DNA of 64,000 nucleotides from Candidatus Latescibacterota bacterium (GTDB lineage: Bacteria > Latescibacterota > UBA2968 > UBA8231): contig OZ220089.1 in NCBI GenBank assembly GCA_964291625.2, positions 1,888,001 through 1,952,000 on the forward strand, given 5' to 3'. The notes under the pieces were generated by a model. It was given only the letters and a program-made list of their open reading frames with translations, was not told the origin of the DNA and made no database searches. This document shows, in pieces, positions 56,948-64,000 of the stretch. Position 1 is the stretch's first letter. The number at the start of each line of letters is the position of its first letter. Made by a program: the position numbers and the translations under genes.

Positions 56948-58483
56948 ATGAACTCCACCCGCCGAACCGCCTCCCGCCTCCGGCTCGCGCTGCTGCCGCT
57001 GGGCCTCTCCCTTCCCCTCGCTCTCCACGCCCAGGACCGGGTCATCGACTTCACCCTCTCCCGCATCGACTCGGGCGAGGTGTGGGTCAGTCCCTACTTC
57101 GGATACAACGGGCCCAAGCTGGTCTTCGATGGCGACGACTTCTACGCCGTGGGCATGTGGGGGCTCGATCCGTCCACCGCCCAGGGCGTCGTCTACCGCG
57201 GCGGCGAGGAGGGCTGGGAGCGGTTCTACGACTGGGGGACCCACGACTACCAGCCGGGCCTGGTGCTGCTCGACAGCGAGCGGCGGCTGGTGCTCGTCCA
57301 CCCCCGCCTCCTCGACGGTCCCCGCATCCTCCACCAGCAGCAACGCGGCGACCCGGACAGCTTCGAGGAGGTGGCCCTGCCGGCAGGCCTGGGCAAGGCC
57401 GGCTACGTCGGCGCCGCCATGGACGGCGACCGCCTGGTCCTCGGGTACATCGCCGACCCGGCGACCTACTCCTTCCTCGTCGCCTGGGTCGATCTCGACA
57501 CCGGCGAGTGGGGCGGCCCCCACCTGCTGGCCCGCGAGCAGCGCGCCGAGGAGCCGTACACCACCTGGCTCTACCCCGTGATCTGGCCAGACGGCGACGG
57601 CTTCCACCTCGTGGTCAGCAACAACGCCGACCTCAGCTCCTACTACAACCGCATCAACTACCTCTACGTGCCCTACGCCGATCCCCTCTCGGCGGAGGTC
57701 GAGGTGGTGGCCGATGTCGTTCCCTGGACTCAGAACATCGCCTACGCCGAGGCCATGTGGAAGGCGGCCGACGGGGCCCTCTACCTCACCGGCCAGTACG
57801 AGCCCGAGGGCGGCAACAACCGGTTGATGGTCTACCGGCGGGACCCCGAAACCCGGCAGTGGGAGGAGACGGTCATCGGGGGGGCCGCGGTGGCCGCGGT
57901 CTACGAGGCCCCGGCCCGGCCGGGGGAGCTGTGGATGACCGTGACCCACGGCAACGCCCTGCTGCTCTTCCGCGCCGAGGACCGGGGCCGTGAGTGGACG
58001 AGGGCCGACCTGGCCGGCTTCGACGGCCGCGGCCTGCAGGGCGTGTGGTTTCTCTACGGGATCTCGCCGTCCAGCGGCAGCGTGCTGCCCGACGGGCCCT
58101 GCGCCGTCTTCAGCAGCGGGCCCCACCCGAACCTGGAGCTGTGGTTCGCGCGCTTCCGCACGGCGCCGCCCACGGCGGTCACCGGCCTGGCGGCGGCCAC
58201 ACCCGGGGCGAGCCGGCTGGAGCCCGCCTACCCGAACCCCTTCAACGCCGGCACGGTCCTGGCCTTCGAGATCGCCCGCGAGGCGGAGGTCGACCTGCGC
58301 GTCCACGACCTGCTCGGGCGCCCCCTTGCGACCCTGCGCAGCGAACGGATGGCCCCCGGGCGCTACCGGGCGCATTGGGACGGGACCCTGGCCGACGGGA
58401 GCACTCTCGGCAGCGGCGTCTACATCCTGCGCCTGCGCGCCGGCGGCGACAGCCACACCCGCAAGGTGATGCTCCTGAGGTGA
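56948..58483 (+). CDS. Secreted beta-propeller-like protein with FlgD-Ig C-terminal module
   Basis: Signal peptide; Asp-box-like RAEDRGREW; YPNPFN, WDG, SGVYILRL. Confidence 0.8.
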   Translation: MNSTRRTASRLRLALLPLGLSLPLALHAQDRVIDFTLSRIDSGEVWVSPYFGYNGPKLVFDGDDFYAVGMWGLDPSTAQGVVYRGGEEGWERFYDWGTHDYQPGLVLLDSERRLVLVHPRLLDGPRILHQQQRGDPDSFEEVALPAGLGKAGYVGAAMDGDRLVLGYIADPATYSFLVAWVDLDTGEWGGPHLLAREQRAEEPYTTWLYPVIWPDGDGFHLVVSNNADLSSYYNRINYLYVPYADPLSAEVEVVADVVPWTQNIAYAEAMWKAADGALYLTGQYEPEGGNNRLMVYRRDPETRQWEETVIGGAAVAAVYEAPARPGELWMTVTHGNALLLFRAEDRGREWTRADLAGFDGRGLQGVWFLYGISPSSGSVLPDGPCAVFSSGPHPNLELWFARFRTAPPTAVTGLAAATPGASRLEPAYPNPFNAGTVLAFEIAREAEVDLRVHDLLGRPLATLRSERMAPGRYRAHWDGTLADGSTLGSGVYILRLRAGGDSHTRKVMLLR

Positions 58484-58485
58484 CC

Positions 58486-59442
58486 ATGACGACCGGCATC
58501 CACGGCCACGTGACGGAGATGATCGGCGGCACGCCGCTGATCCGCCTGCGCCACCTGTCGCCCGAGGGCGGGGCGACGATCCTCGGCAAGATGGAGTACC
58601 TCAACCCCGGCGGCAGCGTCAAGGACCGCATCGCCCTGAGCATGGTGCGCGACGCCGAGGCCCGCGGCGTGCTCGAGCCGGAGACGACGATCGTCGAGGC
58701 CACCAGCGGCAACACCGGCATCGGCCTGGCTATGCTCTGCGCCAGCCTGGGGTACCGCCTGATCCTGACCATGCCCGAGACGATGAGCTTCGAGCGCCGC
58801 GCCCTGGTGACCCGCTACGGCGCCGAGGTGGTGCTCACCCCGGGGGACCAGGACATGGCCGGCGCCGTGCGGAAGGCCGGCGAGATCATCGCCCGCAACC
58901 CGAACTGCCTGGAGCTGCGCCAGTTCGAGAACCCCGCCAACCCGGAGGTCCACCGGCGCACCACGGGCCCCGAGATCCTCGAGGCCACCGGGGGGAAGAT
59001 CGACGCCTTCGTCACCGGCGTCGGCACCGGCGGCACGATCACCGGCGCCGGCCAGGTGCTCAAGGACGCCGTCGACGGCCTCGAGATCGTCGCCGTCGAG
59101 CCGGCGGCCTCGGCCGTGCTCTCCGGCGGCCAGGCCGGGCCCCACGCCATCGAGGGGATCGGCGCCGGCTTCGTGCCTTCGATCCTCAACCGCGAGATCA
59201 TCGACCGCGTCCTCACCGTGGAGGACCGCGACGCCTTCGACATGACCGAGGCCCTGGCCAGCCGCGAGTCGCTCCTGGTCGGCATCTCCTCGGGGGCCAA
59301 CGTCGTCGCCGCGCGGCGGGTCGCCGAGGAGCTGCCCCCGGAGGCCACGGTGGTCACCGTCCTGTGCGACACGGGTACCCGCTACTTCTCGGTGGCCGAG
59401 TACTTCCGCGACCGCGACGCCCTCGGCGGCGGCTGGCTCTGA
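58486..59442 (+). CDS. cysK: Cysteine synthase A
   Basis: NPGGSVKDRIA, ATSGNTG, QFENPAN, GVGTGGT. Confidence 0.95.
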   Translation: MTTGIHGHVTEMIGGTPLIRLRHLSPEGGATILGKMEYLNPGGSVKDRIALSMVRDAEARGVLEPETTIVEATSGNTGIGLAMLCASLGYRLILTMPETMSFERRALVTRYGAEVVLTPGDQDMAGAVRKAGEIIARNPNCLELRQFENPANPEVHRRTTGPEILEATGGKIDAFVTGVGTGGTITGAGQVLKDAVDGLEIVAVEPAASAVLSGGQAGPHAIEGIGAGFVPSILNREIIDRVLTVEDRDAFDMTEALASRESLLVGISSGANVVAARRVAEELPPEATVVTVLCDTGTRYFSVAEYFRDRDALGGGWL

Positions 59443-59455
59443 GGGCGGCGGTCCG

Positions 59456-60598
59456 GTGGCCATTCAGCGCACGGAGAGAGCCTTCGAGAGCCGCTTCCGG
59501 CGCCAGCTGGCGCAGTGGCACCGCGGCCATCCCGCGCCGGGGGTCCTCCTCTGCGGCGTCCTGGCCTGGCTCGCCTTCGAGCTGCGGGACCTGCCCTGGC
59601 CGCCCTTCACCCTCGCCGGCGGCCAGCATCCCCTGAGCCCGGTGCTGCTGGCCCTGCTCCTCGGCATGGCCCTGCGGAACCTGGTGCCGGCCACGGCCGG
59701 CCTTAAGCCCGGCGCCGACTTCGTCATCCGCCGGGTGCTGCTCGCCGGCATCGTCCTCCTGGGGGCCAGTCTCGACTTCCACGACCTGGTCCGCATCGGT
59801 CTCGGCGTACTCGCCGGCGTCGTCGTCCTCATCGTGCTCATCGTGCTGCTGGCCCGGGCCCTGGCCCCCCGCTTCGGCCTGGGGCGCAAGCTGGCCCTGC
59901 TCCTGGGCCTGGGCACGGCGATCTGCGGCACCTCGGCGATCGTCGCCGCGGCGCCGGTCCTGGAGTGCGAGGAGCGGGAGGTGGCGGTCTCGGTGGCCAC
60001 CGTCAACCTGTTGGGCGTGACGGCCATGCTCGCCTTTCCCGCCCTGGCCGCGGTGCTGGCCCTGTCGCCGGAGATCTACGGGCTCTGGTGCGGGCTGGCG
60101 ATCCACGCCACGCCCCAGGTGCTGGCCGCCGGCTTCGCCCACCCGGGGGACGGCCAGACGGCCGGCGAGGTGGCCACCATCGTCAAGCTGGTCCGCATCT
60201 CGATGCTGGGGCCGGCGGTGCTCGTCCTCGGCGCCCTCTACGCCCGCCACCGCCGGCGCCAGACGGCCTACGTCGGCCGCCGGGTCGACTACTCGGGCCT
60301 GGTACCCGGGTTCCTGCTGCTCTTCGTGCTCGCCGCCTTCCTGCGCACCACGGGGTTCCTGCCCGACGTCACCTTCCACATGACCGACCGCTTCCTCTTC
60401 GGCGAGGGGGACCGCACCTGGAACCTGGCGCAGCTGGCCTCCGGCGCGGCCGGGTGGCTGATCACCGCCGCCATGGCCGCCGTCGGCCTGATGACGCAGC
60501 TGCGCGCCCTGGCCGTGGGCGGCGCCCGGCCCTTCGGCCTGGGGCTGGCCTGCAGCCTGGTGCTGGCCGTCCTCGGCCTCGCCTACGCGGCGGTCTGA
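59456..60598 (+). CDS. YeiH/UPF0324 putative sulfate exporter family membrane protein
   Basis: GTAICGTSAI, KLVR, AMAAVG. Confidence 0.9.
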   Translation: MAIQRTERAFESRFRRQLAQWHRGHPAPGVLLCGVLAWLAFELRDLPWPPFTLAGGQHPLSPVLLALLLGMALRNLVPATAGLKPGADFVIRRVLLAGIVLLGASLDFHDLVRIGLGVLAGVVVLIVLIVLLARALAPRFGLGRKLALLLGLGTAICGTSAIVAAAPVLECEEREVAVSVATVNLLGVTAMLAFPALAAVLALSPEIYGLWCGLAIHATPQVLAAGFAHPGDGQTAGEVATIVKLVRISMLGPAVLVLGALYARHRRRQTAYVGRRVDYSGLVPGFLLLFVLAAFLRTTGFLPDVTFHMTDRFLFGEGDRTWNLAQLASGAAGWLITAAMAAVGLMTQLRALAVGGARPFGLGLACSLVLAVLGLAYAAV

Positions 60599-60611
60599 AG
60601 GCCGCCCCGAC

Positions 60612-61193
60612 TCACTCTTCCCCGCGCCGCGGCGACAGCTCCCGGGCCGCGGCCAGCAGCACCTCCCGCGCCAGCCTCACCCGGTATGTCGGATTGACGT
60701 ACTGAAAGCGGACCCGGCCCTCGGTGACGAGGAATACCGCCGGCACGGGCAGCCCCGTCCGGCCCTCGGGCCGGAAGGCGACGCCGTAAGCGTGGGCCAG
60801 CTTCAGCTCGGGGTCGGAGAGCAGGGGCATCCCCAGCCCCCAGTCCACGGCGGTCCTGGCCAGCACCTCCGGTGGATCGATGCATACGGCGATGATGCGG
60901 AATCCCAGCTCGTCCAGCGTATCGGAGTCTGCTTGCAGTTGAACCAACTGCTTGCGGCAGTGCGGTCACCAGTGGGCGCGGTAGAACACCACGACCGCGG
61001 GACCCGCCCTCAGGGCCTCTCCGAGATCGAACGGTTCGCCGGAAGCATCGGGCCACACGCCTCCGGGCGCCTCGCTGCCGATGAGGAGCGGCCGGACCTG
61101 GTCGGGGGCCTCGGGGATCGGGTGCTCGTCGGCGCCGGCCAGGCAGGCCGCCAGCAGCGCGGCACCGATTGGGATCGAGGATCTGGATCGCAT
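60612..61193 (-). CDS. AhpC/TSA peroxiredoxin-like selenoprotein (Sec at TGA 60966-60968)
   Basis: In-frame VVVFYRAHW-TGA-PHCRKQL joins two track ORFs; downstream LLSDP and PVPAVF; hairpin after the TGA. Confidence 0.85.
60929..60960 (-). promoter_or_regulatory. Putative bacterial SECIS element
   Basis: CUGC..GCAGUUG-GUU-CAACUGC..GCAG; G-initiated apical loop 21 nt after the UGA. Confidence 0.7.
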
Positions 61194-61327
61194 GCGTTGC
61201 ACCTTGTGGGAGGGAGGATGGGGGCGGTTGCGCGAATGATAGGGGACGGGCGCCGGGATGGCAGGGCCGCGGAGCGTCCCGTAGATTCCCCGCCGGCCAA
61301 CCACGGACCCACGTCAGGAGCGAGACG

Positions 61328-62140
61328 ATGACGACGGCCACCCTGCCGGCGGAAGAGAAGCGGACCTTCTTCGAGGAGCACGGCTACCTCGTGCTGGAGG
61401 GCCTGCTCGACGAGGACGAGGTCGAGGCCTGCGCCCGGGAGATCGAGCGTCTGCACGCGCTCGCCGCCGGGCTCCCGGAGGAGGAGCGGCGCCGGCGCAG
61501 CTTCCAGCTGGAGCCCTACGCCGAGGCCGGTGCCGGCGGCGGCCGGCCGGTGCTGCGCAAGATCGAGAAGACCCGGCAGCACTCCGGCGTCTTCCGCGAC
61601 CTCTCCGCCCATCCGCGGCTGCTCGAGACGATCCGCATGCTCATCGGGGACGACCTGCTGCTGTTCCGCAGCACCCTCATGCTCAAGCCCGCCCACCACG
61701 GCTCGGCCCACGCCCTGCACCAGGACTCGCCCTACTGGCCCATGGAGCCGCCCTCGCTGGTGACGGTGAGCATCGCCCTCACCGACAGCGATCCCGGGAA
61801 CGGCTGCATCCAGGTGATCCCGGGCAGCCACAAGTGGGGGCCGCAGCGGTGGGGCCACATCACCCGCCAGCGGGACCAGCCCCTCACCGACCGCGAGGAC
61901 GTCGACATGAGCCAGTGCCGGCAGGTCCCCCTGAAGGCGGGCAGCGCCCTGCTCTTCCACAGCCTGATCGTCCACGGCTCGGGGCCCAACAACAGCCCGA
62001 GGCCGCGGCACACGGCGCTCTACGCCTACTTCCCGCCGACGGTGCGCTACCGGCCGGGCGAGGGCAGGCCACGGGAGATGACCTTCCCCGTCGTCCACGG
62101 GCTCGGCGGCCGCACCGAGCTGACCCTGAGCGCCGACTGA
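61328..62140 (+). CDS. Phytanoyl-CoA dioxygenase (PhyH) family protein
   Basis: LHQD, NGCIQVIPGSH, HGSGPN. Confidence 0.9.
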   Translation: MTTATLPAEEKRTFFEEHGYLVLEGLLDEDEVEACAREIERLHALAAGLPEEERRRRSFQLEPYAEAGAGGGRPVLRKIEKTRQHSGVFRDLSAHPRLLETIRMLIGDDLLLFRSTLMLKPAHHGSAHALHQDSPYWPMEPPSLVTVSIALTDSDPGNGCIQVIPGSHKWGPQRWGHITRQRDQPLTDREDVDMSQCRQVPLKAGSALLFHSLIVHGSGPNNSPRPRHTALYAYFPPTVRYRPGEGRPREMTFPVVHGLGGRTELTLSAD

Positions 62141-62159
62141 GCCGCCGGAGGGCCGCCCG

Positions 62160-62981
62160 ATGAAGCTGATCGTGTTCTCGAAGATGCTCTCCACCCTCGG
62201 CGTGGACGAGCTGGGAGACCTCGCCGGCCGCCTCGGCATCGACGGCTACGACCTCGCCGTGAGGCCCGGCCACCCGGTGAATCCGGAGAACGTCTCCGAG
62301 GCCCTGCCGGCGGCGGCCGAGAGCCTGCGGCGGCGGGGGTTCGACATCCCCCTGATCACGGCCGACACCGGCTTGGTCGACCCCGGCGCTCCCGGGGCGG
62401 AGCCGCTGCTCGAAGCGATGGCCAGGGCCGGGGTGCCGCGGGTGAAGCTCGGCTACTTCAAACTCGATCCCGCCGCCGACTACTGGGAGGCCGTCGACGC
62501 CGGCCGCGACAGGCTGTCCCGCTGGGGAGAGCTGGCCGCCGCCCACGGCGTGCAGGTCGTCTACCACACCCACTCGAACCGCTGCCTGGGGCTGAATGCC
62601 GGCATGCTCGCCCACCTGCTGCGCGGCCTCGACCCCGCCCGGGTCGGCGCCTACCTCGACACGGGGCATCTCGTCGGCGAGGGCGAGGAGTTCGCCGTGG
62701 CCCTGGCCATCCACCGGGAACACCTGTCGGCGGTGGCCCTGAAGGACTTCCTGCTGCGCCGCGAGGAGCGCCACGGCCACGGCCGCAAGGTCCGGGACGT
62801 GGTCGAGGCCGGGCAGGGGATGGCCGATTTCACCGCCGTCTTCGAGATCCTGCGCGACCACGGCTACGGCGGCCCGGCGTCGATTCACTGCGAGTTCCAC
62901 CTCCCCGCCGACGGGTTCGACGCGGCCGTGGCGCGGGAGGCGGGGTTCTTCGTCGGCCTGCGGCGCCGCGTCTTCGGCTAG
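62160..62981 (+). CDS. Sugar phosphate isomerase/epimerase TIM barrel
   Basis: DLAVRPG, DTGH, LKD, HCE. Confidence 0.85.
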   Translation: MKLIVFSKMLSTLGVDELGDLAGRLGIDGYDLAVRPGHPVNPENVSEALPAAAESLRRRGFDIPLITADTGLVDPGAPGAEPLLEAMARAGVPRVKLGYFKLDPAADYWEAVDAGRDRLSRWGELAAAHGVQVVYHTHSNRCLGLNAGMLAHLLRGLDPARVGAYLDTGHLVGEGEEFAVALAIHREHLSAVALKDFLLRREERHGHGRKVRDVVEAGQGMADFTAVFEILRDHGYGGPASIHCEFHLPADGFDAAVAREAGFFVGLRRRVFG

Positions 62982-62996
62982 GCCCGGCGCGACCCC

Positions 62997-63746
62997 TTGC
63001 CCAGGCGCGGTCTCACCCTGCTGGTGATTCCCGAGGAGGGCGGGACCACCTACGAGTTCAAGGTCGCCCGCATCTACCTGTGGGGCCTGGGCCTCGTCGC
63101 CGCCGGCCTCGTGGGACTCCTCGTCGTCGGCTGGCGCGCCCACCAGAGGGCCGACTACCTGGCGCAGCGGGTCGAGCGGCTGGAGCACGACCGGGCGATC
63201 CTCGCCGAGGAGGTGGCCTCCATCGTCGAGCTCGAGGAGATCCTCCAGGGGCTCAAGACCCGCAACGACCAGCTGCGCATGCTCACGGCCGAGGCCTTCG
63301 GCCTCCAGGGGGCTGAAGCCCCGGCGCCGCCACCCCAGGAGCGGCAGGCCTACATCCCCCTGACCCACCGTCTCCGCTACGGGAGCCTGAGCTCGGTGCC
63401 GACCCTGAAGCCGGTGCGCACCCCCGCCTGGGACCCCACGGACCAGGGCGTGCTGCTGCTGGCCCCGGGCGGCACCCTGGTGCGGGCCAGCGCCGCGGGA
63501 CGGGTCGACCGGACGCGCTTCGACCTCTCCTCGAGATGGTACGAGGTGAGTCTCGATCACGGCCACGGCCTCATGACGAGCTACGCCGGGATCGGCGCCA
63601 TGGCCGTCGAGGCCGGGGACTACGTGCACAAGGGCCAGCCCCTCGGGCTGACCGCCCGGCCGCCGGAAGCGCCCCCCGGGCTCCGCTTCCAGGTCCTGGA
63701 GCAGGGCCGCGACCGCACCTCCGTCTGTCGGCAGCTCTGGTTGTGA
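62997..63746 (+). CDS. M23-domain protein with TM and coiled coil, degenerate active site
   Basis: VRASAAGRV, DHGHG, V..GDYVHKGQ. Confidence 0.75.
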   Translation: MPRRGLTLLVIPEEGGTTYEFKVARIYLWGLGLVAAGLVGLLVVGWRAHQRADYLAQRVERLEHDRAILAEEVASIVELEEILQGLKTRNDQLRMLTAEAFGLQGAEAPAPPPQERQAYIPLTHRLRYGSLSSVPTLKPVRTPAWDPTDQGVLLLAPGGTLVRASAAGRVDRTRFDLSSRWYEVSLDHGHGLMTSYAGIGAMAVEAGDYVHKGQPLGLTARPPEAPPGLRFQVLEQGRDRTSVCRQLWL

Positions 63747-63787
63747 GGGGCTGAGGGGGGCCTTCCCCGGCCTCGGCGGTACATGCA

Positions 63788-63821
63788 GAAGGGGTCCACC
63801 GGACGACCGGTGGACCCCTTC
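63788..63821. terminator. Hairpin terminator between convergent genes
   Basis: 15-bp perfect IR gaaggggtccaccgg/ccggtggaccccttc. Confidence 0.8.
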
Positions 63822-63858
63822 CTTGTCGATCGCGCGGTGCAGCCGAAGCTGCCCGCTC

Positions 63859-64000
63859 CTAGTACATGTCCCCGCCCGGAGGGCCGCCCGCCGGAGCCGG
63901 CGGCTTCTCCTCGGGGATCTCGGCCACCAGCGCCTCGGTGGTGAGCAGCAGGCTGGCGATGCTGGCGCCGTTCTCGATCGCCGTCCGCGACACCTTGGCC
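63859..64000 (-). CDS. groL: Chaperonin GroEL, C-terminal end
   Basis: [29 protein letters not shown]...GGDMY. Confidence 0.93.
   Translation of the reverse strand, partial: AKVSRTAIENGASIASLLLTTEALVAEIPEEKPPAPAGGPPGGDMY

Overview
High-GC bacterial chromosomal window of about 50 CDS, with no rRNA, tRNA, CRISPR array, integrase or intact transposase that I can see. Three secreted proteins with PNPFN/FlgD-Ig C-terminal modules, internalin-type LRR genes and many sugar/acid oxidoreductases suggest a Latescibacterota-like, possibly sponge-associated organism (inference only). Metabolic operons alternate with accessory blocks. Highlights: (1) an AhpC/TSA-like redoxin split in the ORF track by an in-frame TGA at the WxxC cysteine and followed by a SECIS-like hairpin, so a probable selenoprotein (60612-61193); (2) four tandem membrane-anchored paralogs with a near-constant framework and discrete hypervariable segments (12.3-19.7 kb); (3) a tandem LRR array ending in a zone of gene fragments bracketed by a 38-bp palindrome-rich direct repeat; (4) several accessory genes flanked by duplicated pieces of neighbouring core genes; (5) a promoter / structured RNA / terminator / HEPN / small membrane protein island; (6) a DUF455 ferritin-like/ATP-grasp fusion coupled to PhzF. 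Several single-base frameshifts probably reflect assembly indels. Product calls come from motif recognition by eye, not database searches.
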